Shown here piece after piece: positions 12,485-24,120 of a stretch of DNA of 64,000 bases. Made by a program: the position numbers and the translations under genes. Numbering within the stretch: the first letter of the stretch is position 1; the number at the start of each line of letters is the position of its first letter. The notes beneath the pieces are model-generated. The model was not told where the DNA came from. It saw nothing but the letters and a program-made list of their open reading frames with translations, and ran no database searches. The stretch spans positions 43,843 to 107,842 of the forward strand of contig NIVC01003270.1 in NCBI GenBank assembly GCA_002269645.1. The letters are read 5' to 3'. The stretch comes from Macrostomum lignano. Taxonomy: Eukaryota.

Positions 12485-13522
12485 CTTCAACCGCTGCTCC
12501 TCTTTCTCCTCCTTCTGCCGCTGAGTCTTATAATTATTGAACACCTGGCGCCTGTGCTGCAGGTGTTTCACCTGCTGGTAGCGCGGGTCCTCCTGAATCA
12601 TGCGCACTGCGGTCTCCCAGGTAGCGCTGGACGGCACCCGCCTGTCCCGCAGCAGCTCTTTGAATACGTCCTCCTTGCTCTGCTGCTGCTGCTGCGGCTT
12701 GTTTTTCTTCTTCTTTCGGCCGGAGCCGCCGCTGCCGTCCGAGTCCTCGGAGCTGTCGCTGTCGTCATCGGCGCCAGACATGTCGCCGCCGCCGCGCCTT
12801 CGCTTGCCGCCGCCTCGCTTGCCCGCCGCCGACGCCGAACTGCCAGCGTCGGAGGCGGCGGCGTCGGTAGTCGGCGGAATGACGCCGAATGACTCCAGCG
12901 TCTTCTTCATCGCTTCCTCTATGGCGGAGCTGCCGCCGCCGCCGCCGCCGCCGCCGCTGGCAGCCGGGGAGCCAACGGCGGCGGTAGGCGGAGGCGGCGG
13001 CCCAGACTGCTGCAGGTGCTGCATCTGCCTGAGCGGCTCGATGGCAGCCGCGGCCGCCGCCCGCTGCCGGGCCATCTCAGCCTGCTGCTCAGCCAAGCGG
13101 AGCTCCTCAGGCTTGGTCCACACGGACTGGTTGGTGACCGAGTGAGAATAGTACACCTTGCCGGCATCCGTGCGGAACTCTCGCCACGGACACCGGGCCA
13201 TGATCAGCTCCCACTCGGTTTTCAGATCGTCCGGCTTCTCCCAGACTGTCTTGCCGGTCACCAGGTTGTAATAGTACGTCTTGCCGTCTGGCATCGTGTG
13301 CTCCGCCCACTTCTTGTCCGTCGCAGCCGCCGCAGCTGCCGGGTGCCCCATCTGGTGATGCGGCATGGCGTGAAAGGCGTGGTGGGGCTGCTGCTGATGC
13401 TGCGGCGCTGGCGCCGAATAAGCGCCGGGCGCGGCGCCGCTGGGAAACATTGGCGCCCCGACAACTGGGGATGAGTGCTGTTGGTGCTGCGTGCGAACAG
13501 GAAAGCCGTTAGCCGCTGACAT
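12485..13522 (-). CDS. PRPF40A: Pre-mRNA processing factor 40 homolog (WW + FF domains), exon 1 of 3
   Basis: ATG at 13522 with an in-frame stop just upstream. Two WW domains (KKWAEHTMPDGKTYYYNLVTGKTVWEKP; CPWREFRTDAGKVYYSHSVTNQSVWTKP) and a first FF domain (FKELLRDRRVPSSATWETAVRMIQEDPRY). Donor AAG|GTTGGT, phase 0. Confidence 0.93.
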
Positions 13523-13680
13523 TGACTGCTGTGTCGGCGTAGGCTAGACTGGGTTCATGCAGTAATGCGCAAAATATTTACTGTATTCATATTCTACTTG
13601 AAGTAGACGAATTGGATTATCAGTACATCATTTGTGCGCTCAACCCAAATTTAAAACCTGATACAGGCATTGGTTGAGTA

Positions 13681-15135
13681 GCTGGTGGACAGGAACAGTA
13701 GCTGATGGACAGGAACAGTAGCTGGTGGACAGGAACAGTAGCTGGTGGACAGGGACAGTAGCTAATGGACAGGGGCAGTAGCTAATGGACAGGGGCAGTA
13801 GCTAATGGACATGGACAGTAGCTAATGGACAGAGGCAGTAGCTAATGGACATGGACAGTAGCTAATGGACAGGGACAGTAGCTAATGGACAGGGACAGTA
13901 GCTAATGGACAGGGGCAGTAGCTAATGGACAGGGACAGTAGCTAATGGACAGGGGCAGTAGCTAATGGACATGGACGGTAGCTAATGGACAGGGGCAGTA
14001 GCTAATGGACAGGGGCAGTAGCTAATGGACATGGACAGTAGCTAATGGACAGAGGCAGTAGCTAATGGACATGGACAGTAGCTAATGGACAGGGGCAGTA
14101 GCTAATGGACAGGGGCAGTAGCTAATGGACAGGGGCAGTAGCTAATGGACATGGACAGTAGCTAATGGACAGAGGCAGTAGCTAATGGACATGGACAGTA
14201 GCTAATGGACAGGGGCAGTAGCTAATGGACAGGGGCAGTAGCTAATGGACATGGACGGTAGCTAATGGACAGGGGCAGTAGCTGATGGACAGGAGCAGTA
14301 GCTAATGGACATGGACGGTAGCTAATGGACAGGGGCAGTAGCTAATGGACAGGGGCAGTAGCTAATGGACATGGACGGTAGCTAATGGACAGGGGCAGTA
14401 GCTAATGGACAGGGGCAGTAGCTAATGGACAGGGGCAGTAGCTAATGGACATGGACGGTAGCTAATGGACAGGGGCAGTAGCTAATGGACAGGAGCAGTA
14501 GCTAATGGACAGGGACAGTAGCTAATGGACAGGGGCAGTAGCTAATGGACTGGGGCAGTAGCCGGTGGACAGGAACAGTAGCTAATGGTCAGGGACAGAA
14601 GCTAATGGACAGGGACAGTAGCTAATGGTCAGGGACAGTAGCTAATAGACAGGGGCAGTAGCTAATGGACATGGACAGTAGCTAATGGACAGGAGCAGTA
14701 GCTAATGGACAGGGACAGTAGCTAATGGACAGGGGCAGTAGCTAATGGTCAGGGACAGTAGCTAATGGACAGGGGCAGTAGCTAATGGACAGGGGCAGTA
14801 GCTAATGGTCAGGGACAGTAGCTAATGGACAGGGACAGTAGCTAATGGTCAGGGGCAGTAGCTAATGGACAGGGGCAGTAGCTAATGGTCAGGGACAGTA
14901 GCTAATGGACAGGGGCAGTAGCTAATGGACAGGGGCAGTAGCCGGTGGACAGGAACAGTAGCTAATGGACAGGGGCAGTAGCTAATGGACAGGGGCAGTA
15001 GCTAATGGTCAGGGACAGTAGCTAATGGACAGGGGCAGTAGCTAATGGACTGGGGCAGTAGCCGGTGGACAGGAACAGTAGCTAATGGACATGGAAAGTA
15101 GCTAATGGACAGAGGCAGTAGCCGGTGGACAGAAG
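13681..15135. repeat. 20-bp minisatellite (GCTAATGGACAGGGGCAGTA), ~73 copies
   Basis: Perfect 20-nt register across the array. Lies between the WDR34-like stop and the PRPF40A start. Confidence 0.98.
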
Positions 15136-15625
15136 TTATAACTGGTGAACTAGCAGTCTAGTCTTAGAACCTATAAAAATAATTCAATCGAAAATCGACT
15201 TCAAAACGTATGATAAAGCCGAGTTGGTTATTTATTTGAAACTCTGATTACTTAAATTGCTTGAAGCGATAAAAAATCAAAGGACAGAAGTTAATTTTTA
15301 GATATCAAATCAAATTTTACTGCATGAATAGAAAAAATCAAAACAGTAATGTACAAGTATTTTAGTTCAAAACGGACGGAGTAAGCGCAGATTCTGACAA
15401 GGATTAAGAGAACAGAACAAGGCAGTGATCTACATCTATATATATACTACTTACTAAGTAGCTTGAAAAAATATTTATCGATTTCAGTAAACAGGAACCA
15501 TCATCTTGGTTAACCTTTCGGTTACAATGAGTTTTCGAGCTATTCCCACTGACACCCTACTCACGATTATAGGCAATAAAAAGGCCAAACAGGCTACATG
15601 CAATGCATTGTAAGCCCAAAGACGA

Positions 15626-16627
15626 TCATTCATCCCCAGCTCCTTCGTCACCTGCTTGACCCTCGCCTCCGCCGCCACCTCTGCTGCCAGCTCCAGTAAG
15701 GCTGGCAAAGAACTCGCCAACAGTGGCAGCGTTGCCAGCGGCTCCCAGATCCGCGTCCTGCCACACCAGCAGCCGGCCATCGGCTGTGCCAGCAGCCAGC
15801 CAGCTGGCATTCATCGGGTTCCACTGGGTGCACAGCACCGCCTGCTGCTGCCCGCTGTCCGCGCCGCCCGCCGCACTCAGGGAAGCCACGGGAGACGCAA
15901 CAGCCGAGGCGCCGGCTCCGCCAGCTGCACCGAGCGCGTACACCAGAACCCCGGCGTGCTCAGTTGCTATGGCAACCAGTCCAGGCCGAGCGGCTCCGCT
16001 GCTGGCGCAGCCGCCGGCAGCTCCGGCCGCAGTCTCCAGGCAGAGCAGCGGCGGCAGCGACGTGGCGGAAGCTGAGGCCGGCGGCGCCGCAGCGGACGAG
16101 GACTCGCCGCCAACGGCGTACATCGAGCAGGCGCCGGAGCCGCCGCTGACGATGAAGAGGCCAGCGGAGGCGCCGGGCATGGCTGGCGCCAGGTGCACCG
16201 AGTCCAGCGCCAGCACCATGCCGAGCCCGCCGCAGTCGATGGCGCGCAGCACTTCGGGATCTCGCGGCGGCGAATTCGGGTCAAACGGCTTGGATTTGGA
16301 GGCCCGCGACTTCACCCGGCAGACCAGCACCGCACCGGCTTCGCAGCCCAGCGCCACTGTCACTGTCGAGGAGGAATCGCCGCTGCGACCGCCGCCGCCG
16401 CCGACCAGCCGCGCGCAGGTGACGCCGACGACGCCAGCCCGGCCGGAGGCGCGAACCCGCAGCGATTTCGGCAGCGACTTGGCCGACAGGCGGTTCGCAC
16501 CGGCCAAGCCAAGCGTGGCCTTGCGCGAGTCCAGCAGCCACAGCAGCAGCAGGCCGTCAGCGCCGACAGTCAGCAAGTGGTCCCGGCTGGAGGAGCCGCC
16601 GGCGGTGGACTTTTTGATCCACAGAAT
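15626..16627 (-). CDS. DYNC2I2: WDR34-like, exon 4 (divergent WD repeats)
   Basis: Acceptor ccaatcag|ATTCTGTGG. Reads ILW...LLTVGADGLLLLW...AVLCTQWNPMNASWLAAGTADGRLLVWQ. Stop TGA at 15628-15626. Confidence 0.85.
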   Translation of the reverse strand: MLWIKKSTAGGSSSRDHLLTVGADGLLLLWLLDSRKATLGLAGANRLSAKSLPKSLRVRASGRAGVVGVTCARLVGGGGGRSGDSSSTVTVALGCEAGAVLVCRVKSRASKSKPFDPNSPPRDPEVLRAIDCGGLGMVLALDSVHLAPAMPGASAGLFIVSGGSGACSMYAVGGESSSAAAPPASASATSLPPLLCLETAAGAAGGCASSGAARPGLVAIATEHAGVLVYALGAAGGAGASAVASPVASLSAAGGADSGQQQAVLCTQWNPMNASWLAAGTADGRLLVWQDADLGAAGNAATVGEFFASLTGAGSRGGGGGEGQAGDEGAGDE

Positions 16628-16791
16628 CTGATTGGAAATTTAGTTGGCAAATATGCGATGAGAGTGATCTGCTAGAGGTGCTCAAAAATGAGATTCGAAC
16701 TCAGGATCGCAGTATTTATAAGCTATGAACTAGGTAGCTCAACTGTAACGCGTCTGTCTAAGAGTCACACTGGCTCACACTGGTAGCACAG

Positions 16792-16857
16792 AAAGACAGA
16801 CACACAGACACACAGACAGAAAGACAGACAGACAGACAGACAGACACACAGACAGAA

Positions 16858-16894
<37 letters not shown>

Positions 16895-16913
16895 GCCAGA
16901 CAGACAGACAGCC

Positions 16914-16946
<33 letters not shown>

Positions 16947-16983
16947 GCCAGACAGCCAGACAGACAGACAGACAGCCAGACAG

Positions 16984-17017
<34 letters not shown>

Positions 17018-17045
17018 AGCCAGACAGCCAGACAGACAGACAGCC

Positions 17046-17076
<31 letters not shown>

Positions 17077-17105
17077 AAGACAGACAGACAGACAGACAGA
17101 CAGAA

Positions 17106-17136
<31 letters not shown>

Positions 17137-17137
17137 A

Positions 17138-17168
<31 letters not shown>

Positions 17169-17266
17169 AAGACAGACAGACAGACAGACAGACACAGACA
17201 GACAGCCAGGCAGACAGACAGACAGACAGACAGACAGCCAGGCAGATAGACAGACAGACAGACAGC

Positions 17267-17298
<32 letters not shown>
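16792..17298. repeat. (GACA)n microsatellite, WDR34-like intron 3
   Basis: Read directly. Confidence 0.98.
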
Positions 17299-17794
17299 GA
17301 GGCAATTTTAATGTCTGCGACTCTAAAACGACTCTACGACTCAAGAAGTCGTACTTGATGCGTGCTAAAGTCGCTGTCGAGCCACTAAGTTGTGCTTGAA
17401 TCACTAACTAGCCTACTGAGTTAGTAGAAAGTTGAGGGCCAACACAATAATTCTTAAACGACTCTTGGACGTTTGTGTCGCAACAGTCGCCTCTTTGTCG
17501 CATTAGACGCGTTTGAGTCGTTCGAAAGTCATAAGAGTCGCTAGAGTCACCAGAAAGTTGTTTGTAAGGACTTTTCAGCGATTCTTCTCTTGGTATCGGG
17601 GACCCAACGATAATAAGGCTAAGGCAGTTGTACACCACTAGTCAGCGCGTGCCTGCGTGCGTATCCGAGTGCGGATATTCATGGCTGCTTGCAGTTTGCC
17701 TCACCGATGGCTGATAATGATCCCGCAAATACAGACAATCAAAGCCAAAGCCTAGATAAACAGATAATTGGTCTGTGCAACCAACTCAACTTAC

Positions 17795-18046
17795 CTCAAC
17801 AATGGGCTCTTGGTGAGCAATCTCCAGTCCGCCCTCTGAGTCAGTAGCGACCGCCTGATGTTTCAGCGAGCTGACAAGCAGCTGCTCGGCCTCCTCCCCC
17901 ACTGACACATTCCACACCAGCAGCTCGCCTGTGAAGCTGCCGCCCGCCAGCAGGGAGGCGTTGCTGGGGTGGTATTGCACTGAGGTAACGCAGCTGGACG
18001 TCTCGAGAACTGCGTGCGGCTTCTGCTGCTGCTGCTGGCGGTCCTG
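17795..18046 (-). CDS. DYNC2I2: WDR34-like, exon 3
   Basis: Tandem NAGNAG acceptor (tgcag|CAG). Reads SSCVTSVQYHPSNASLLAGGSFTGELLVWNV...HQEPIVE. Donor GAG|GTAAGT. Confidence 0.9.
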
Positions 18047-18107
18047 CTGCAATGAGTGACATGTTCAGGTGCACTGATTGTGGATAAATGCGGTCTGTTT
18101 GGGAGCA

Positions 18108-18160
18108 CAGACGGACAGACACACACAGACAGACAGACACACACAGACAGACAGACAGGC

Positions 18161-18230
<70 letters not shown>

Positions 18231-18232
18231 GC

Positions 18233-18297
<65 letters not shown>

Positions 18298-18344
18298 CAC
18301 AGACAGACAGACAGGCAGGCAGGCAGACAGACAGACAGACAGAC

Positions 18345-18389
<45 letters not shown>

Positions 18390-18443
18390 GGCAGGCAGGC
18401 AGACAGACAGACAGACAGACAGACAGGCAGACAGACAGACAGG

Positions 18444-18491
<48 letters not shown>

Positions 18492-18510
18492 TAGACAAAC
18501 AGACAGACCC
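18108..18510. repeat. (GACA)n microsatellite, WDR34-like intron 2
   Basis: Read directly. Abuts the donor site. Confidence 0.98.
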
Positions 18511-18512
18511 AC

Positions 18513-18833
18513 CTGTCCCCGCGCAGAGGAGGCATTCCACACGCAGACGGCGCCCCTGTGCAGGCACCAGTCCTGGTGGTCCGACCGGCCCAGCGCAGCG
18601 GCCACAAACGCGCCGGTGGCGCTCCAGCTCAGCGCGGCTACTGGCATGGAATCGATCTCGGGACTGCCAGCGCCGGCTACGACGGACAGTCGAAGCGGCG
18701 CTGCGTCGGAGTTGGTGCCGGCGCCGCCACCGGGTCCGCGGGCGCCATAACGGCCAGACAGAGCGGAGAAGGCGGTGCTGCGCGAGGCGCGCTCGAGCTC
18801 CCGGCACATCAAAGGCTCGAGCCGACGCAGCGC
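18513..18833 (-). CDS. DYNC2I2: WDR34-like, exon 2
   Basis: Acceptor ...ctgatgcag|GCG. Reads ALRRLEPLMCREL...VAALSWSATGAFVAAALGRSDHQDWCLHRGAVCVWN, matching WDR34 ([23 protein letters not shown]). Donor CAG|GTGGGT. Confidence 0.9.
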
Positions 18834-18935
18834 CTGCATCAGTGAGAATAACGGGATGGGTTGGAAATGCTTCTCTGCTTGCCATCGGAAGCTTGAAGAG
18901 TTTAGGGCTGATAGCGGCTGCTTGAATTCAGCTTT

Positions 18936-19338
18936 TCAGGTGGGGAGTTTACTCAGGTAGCCCATTGCTCAGGTGGGGAATTTACTCAGGTAGCCCATTG
19001 CTGAGGTGGGGAATTTACTCAGGTAGCCCATTGCCCAGGTGGGGAATTTACTCAGGTAGCCCATTGCTCAGGTGGGGAATTTACTCAGGTAGCCCATTGC
19101 CCAGGTGGGGAATTTACTCAGGTAGCCCATTGCTGAGGTGGGGAATTTACTCAGGTAGCCCATTGCTCAGGTGGGAATTTACTCAGGTAGCCCATTGCTC
19201 AGGTGGGGAATTTACTCAGGTAGCTCATTGCTCAGGTGGGGAATTTACTCAGGTAGCCCATTGCTCAGGTGGGGAATTTACTCAGGTAGCCCATTGCTGA
19301 GGTGGGGAATTTACTCAGATAGCTCATTGCTCAGATGG
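18936..19338. repeat. 33-bp minisatellite (17+16-bp dimer, each half starting CTCAGGT), ~12 copies, WDR34-like intron 1
   Basis: Unit CTCAGGTGGGGAATTTA-CTCAGGTAGCCCATTG. Confidence 0.95.
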
Positions 19339-19432
19339 GTATTTTACATACTCAGGCGGGTAACCCACTTCTCATTTAACTTATTTGTTAAATAACTTAT
19401 TAGTTTATAAAACCAATAAAACTCAGACACAC

Positions 19433-19654
19433 CTTGATAACCTCCGGATCCAGCTCGCTGGAATCAACACTGAGCTCCTCCTGCACGTACATGAAGCTGT
19501 CAGTCTGGCACTCGACCTCTTTGCGCCGGGTGGTCTGCAGGCCGCGCTGGTAGCGGGTGATGGCGGGTGTCTCGGTCTCGCGGTCCTTGGTTTTTACCTC
19601 AACGCGCCAGGCCGAGGGGCAATCGATGACGGCTTGACTCTCGTCTGAGAACAT
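19433..19654 (-). CDS. DYNC2I2: WD-repeat dynein-2 intermediate chain (WDR34-like), exon 1 of 4
   Basis: ATG at 19654 (the track's longer start is a TTG). MFSDESQAVIDCPSAWR...EVECQT resembles the WDR34 N-terminus. Donor AAG|GTGTGT, phase 0. Confidence 0.82.
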
Positions 19655-21122
19655 GCTCAAAATTCTATTTAGCAATTCAGCATGAAAATTTTATTGAATT
19701 GCTATATTGTCATATTATATTGTCAAGGCTAAATGCTGTGTCATCTGATTAGTATTATATTTGTTTTTGGCTAGGCATTTTTGCAGCTTACTTTAGCTAC
19801 TTTAGTTAATTTTAGAAAAAAATAAGAATTTTATGGCTGGCCAAATACAATAGCCAGCCAATATTTTATCAAGCTAGCAGCCTATGCCAACAAGATTGCT
19901 GAAAAATCACTGAAGCAACAATGACAAAAATAAAAATTATATTAAGAAAACCTTATTCTTATGTTTTGAAAGTTTTATGCTTAAAATAAGAAAGAAATTT
20001 TTCAAAATTCTTCATTAAACTCTAGCCTTAAATAGCACAAATTTAGGTTTAGCTAACAATTCTTGAAGATTGCCCATGCTTTAATCATAGAGAAAAGTGG
20101 CTTTGATTTGAATATGGCATTAACTAAACTGAATATACATCTACTGAATAAACAATAAAATAGACAAACTGAATTAACATAGACTGAATAGTGCATAGTG
20201 AATAATCAAGAAGATTGCCTTTTAGGAACAAAATTCTGACACAAAAGAGGGTTAGACATGTGCCATGCCATTGCATTCCAGTTCAATAGCAGACAAAGGG
20301 GGAAATCTAGAATATTATGAGTATGATATAAGTCAAAACTTTGACACAAATTGGTATAAGACAAAAACTTTTAGAAAGATAGTATTTTTGTAGATGGAAA
20401 CTTAGCATATTTGTTTACTAGTATACTGATAGCTTTTTTTTATTAAAATCTTAATATTCTATGAAAAAGATTTAAATATGAGTTTTACTAGCATTTTTAA
20501 ATGGAAAATACAGATTTTTGTTTTGTGTTTTTTTTCATAAAAGTTCTAGCACACGGCACAAGCAGACTTATTTGATAGGAATACTATTCCAAGTAGTTCC
20601 ACTGCACATTGCAATCAGTTTTTGATAGAATTTGCTCTGGCACAGATATACCATGATCTTAATTAACTATACTATCACATCTATAGGACCATGTTCAGGA
20701 AAATGGCCTTTTTGCTTAAAAGTTCTAGCATGCAATATTAGCCATTTAGTTTATTGATGTGTTTATTTGGCAATTGGCATGCAAAGTTCTTTGAAAATAA
20801 GTAAATATATATTTTAGTTTTTATAACAAAAGGTAGAACATTTTTAAAAAAAGTTGTAATTAAGAGATAATAGGAGTGTAAATGAAAATAATAATAATAC
20901 TGATTGAATGTGATAATTTTATTTTAAAGAATTTAGCTACTTAAACTTTATGCAACCCATAGTCAGGAAAATGGCTTTTTTTCCCAAAAAATTCCAGTGC
21001 AAAAGTGGGTTGGACATTCGCAGTGTTGGGCAAAGTTCTGGCACTTCTAGCACTTTTAGTACCAGAAGTAATTTTTTAAAGCAGCACTTTTTTCTGGTTC
21101 TTTTTTTAAGAATGCTGGACTT

Positions 21123-21350
21123 TGGTAATGGAAGTTACTTTTTGATAAAGTCCAGTCCTCCAGTACTTGAACATGAAATTTTAGGTGCCAAACAGTCAAT
21201 TTAGCACTAAATATTTCCCAAAAGCACAAAACCTCTTGGTAATGGAAGTTACTTTTTGATAAAGTCCAGTCCTCCAGTACTTGAACATGAAATTTTAGGT
21301 GCCAAACAGTCAGTTTAGCACTAAATATTTCCCAAAAGCACAAAACCTCT
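21123..21350. repeat. 114-bp tandem duplication
   Basis: 21123-21236 and 21237-21350 are nearly identical. Confidence 0.92.
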
Positions 21351-21551
21351 TCCAAAACACTTGTAGTACAATTATAAAAAGGTAAAAAAAAGATTATCCT
21401 AGATCATGTGGTTTTTACATTTTTTAAGTTAAAGCATGTTTTAAGCATACATGCGCAACTGCTGGCCGACCTGGCTGATCTGGCCACCATAAATTGTGGT
21501 GGACCAAGGGTAAGTCGCAAAAATGCCCAGCCTAAAGAATACAGACGTAGT

Positions 21552-21614
21552 ACTAATTAGATGACGAGGCATTTAGCCCTTATAAGACAGTCATAGTTAC
21601 TCTTGCTGTTTACC
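21552..21614 (-). other. Degenerate 28S rRNA fragment (R2 target region), copy 1
   Basis: The reverse complement GGTAAACAGCAAGAGTAACTATGAC-TGTCTTATAAGGGCTAA-ATGCCTCGTCATCTAATTAGT matches the conserved LSU sequence GGTAAACGGCGGGAGTAACTATGAC-TCTCTTAAGGTAGCCAA-ATGCCTCGTCATCTAATTAGT (recalled from memory). Confidence 0.88.
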
Positions 21615-23099
21615 TAATCGGGTTTCTTTTACAGGTAAGTCGCATTTGGTCAAAAAGTAAGTTGCATGGCCAGTGTAAATCAGGGGGGTTGTGCATGTAT
21701 GTTTTAAGCATCATATAGAATCATAGAATGAAGTAATTAAATTGGTAATTACTAATACTGAAACAAGAAAAATTCATATTCAACACAATAAACATCCTTG
21801 TTTAACAACTCCTTGCATGTTTTCTAACAAGCATAACTAGTAGTACATCATGATGCTACACTTGTGATTCCTGGAACATTTTTGAAGGCATATTTCTTCA
21901 TTTTGATGTTCATGCAAGACAACACAAGTGATATATTCTTGAAGGTTTTGAGTTTTAACTCATTTGAGGCTAATATTCATTTTCTAATTGCAGCACAAGG
22001 CACTATAATCAAGTTATGTTAAAGTCTTACACATTGGTCTATCTATCAAATTCCAGCCATTTGTTATCTTTTTTGTTAATTGTTAACTGGCATTTCTAAG
22101 GCTGCCAGAATATGATTATTGATTCTAAATGAGTCAACAAAACAAAAGTATACTAATTACACTAACTATAAAAACATAGCTGCTGTGGAGCTACAGCACA
22201 ATATTATATATAGTAGGGTGACAAGAGAATGGCCCATACAAACTAAGAGTCACCTGAAATACAGTATTCTACAAGCTGATCATTGTGGCACATCTATTTC
22301 CATATATAATTCTAGAGTCAGAATCAATGTTCGAAAATTAGCCTTCAACTTTTATATGAATCATCCTTATGTACTGCTAATCTTTGTTTAGTAAAGGTTT
22401 TATTTATTCATTTAAATTTTGGATGCAATAATAACAAAAAACAATATATAGCATCTTTATTTAAGAAATAACGTTATATTTAACTCTAGACTAATACATG
22501 TTTTTGTTTTTCCTCATGAAGACATATTTAAATACTTTTTAGAAATCCAAATGTTTTGTATTTGGAAATTTTATTTTCCAAAATTCCAAATGTGCTTCCG
22601 AATATGAAAAAATCAAAAAAACCAAAACAAAATTATGCTAACATAAAAGAAATACAACTTTTTGAAAAGAAAGTCAATTAAAAAATGAGAATGCAAAATT
22701 TAATGTAATATTATTCATTTTTACAATTGTCTGTTTTGCAGTAATGTATATTATTAAAAAGTGTTAATAAGTAAAGTTACTTAACTTTGGAACCTTTGAG
22801 GCATTCAACCTAAAGTTGCAGAAACATTTAATTGCAGTAATCATTTTTTAAGTGTAATCATCACTTTTTTTCAAAATGCAAATGCAATGGACTTTACGCA
22901 CTATACACAGTAAAGTTATCAAATTGCACAAACGTAATGTCAGTTAGTATTAGTAATTGGAATTAGTTAGATTATATATATAAGATTTGAGCTCAATTTT
23001 AAGTTTCACTCAATTTAGATACTAGATAGATATAGTATAAGCCCTAGATTAGATTGAATCTTGTCAGTAAATTAATGTATAGCACTTACTAATACGATT

Positions 23100-23163
23100 A
23101 CTAATTAGATGACGAGGCATATTTTGTCACTAAAAGATGTCATAGTTACTCCCGCTGTGTACC
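23100..23163 (-). other. Degenerate 28S rRNA fragment (R2 target region), copy 2
   Basis: The reverse complement is GGTACACAGCGGGAGTAACTATGAC-ATCTTTTAGTGACAAAAT-ATGCCTCGTCATCTAATTAGT, with the same endpoints as copy 1. Confidence 0.88.
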
Positions 23164-24120
23164 TTTTACTTTTGTCTGCATTCAGAAACACATTTTGATA
23201 TTTGGATTCGGATTTGGAATTTTTTTGTACATTCGGATTTGGTTTCGGAAACTTGCAAAAATCTACATTCAGTCCATCACTTATCAAAGTACTGATACCA
23301 AAACCCACACTCAAGAAGGTATACATTATAATAGAAAATTATGGCACATATCAACGAAAAATGTATACAAAGTGGCGCACACGGTGCACAACAAAGGCTT
23401 AGCAGAAATTTTTAGTGCACAGTGGCATATAGCAAAACCTGATAAGAAAAATTTAGCTGACAATGAGTCACCTAAATTTATAATCTGCATATGCAGTACA
23501 TAAAATATGGTTGAAGATTACACTTTTTCTAAGCATATTAATTAAAAAATTGTTTCTTGGTAAGTAAAATGAATAATAAAATTCAAAATGGGATGTTATT
23601 ATAAAGTTGAAGCTAATTCTTTTGATAATTTTCTACGTGAGCTAAAATAAAGCAAAATGTTTGAGTTAAAAAAAGCCTACCAAGGTACAAAAATTTATCT
23701 GTTTTTTTTTAGTTTTGTTTTAATTTGACTTTTACCAAGTTTTTTAGTGCTACAATGCATTAGTACTCTAGCTATGTATTTGTCAGTAAACAAATGTTAA
23801 CCTTGGTGCACAAATTCATATTTTGTTTTACGCACAGTGTGCATTCCAAAAATATATTGAAATATATTCCTGCACACATGTGACACCTTCTTAAGTATAG
23901 ACCAGAACAAGTGCTAGAAGTTACTTTCTTTGGAATAGGAAGTTACTTAACCGGAAGTTATTTTTTCCAGGGTGCCCGCAAATTTTGAGAAAGTAAAATA
24001 AAGGAGACTATTTGACTGATCCCAAAATAAAGGAGATTTAATTTGGTAATGTAACAATGATAGGCAATGTCTGTCTAAGGCCTGTATAGGCAAACTCTGG
24101 CCTCTTGCCTCTGCATCACT

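Noticed and set aside
13681-15135. CRISPR-like regular array (also 52617-52900)
   Set aside because: The units are contiguous with no unique spacers, there are no cas genes, and the context is eukaryotic.
16684-16740. tRNA T-arm/B-box-like TGAGTTCGAATCTCA plus TTTTT on the - strand
   Set aside because: No acceptor stem, D arm or A box could be built. At most a SINE remnant.
16758-19395. (VCLS)n, (QTDR)n and (LLRWGIYSGSP)n ORFs
   Set aside because: Translations of the GACA and 33-bp repeats within WDR34-like introns.
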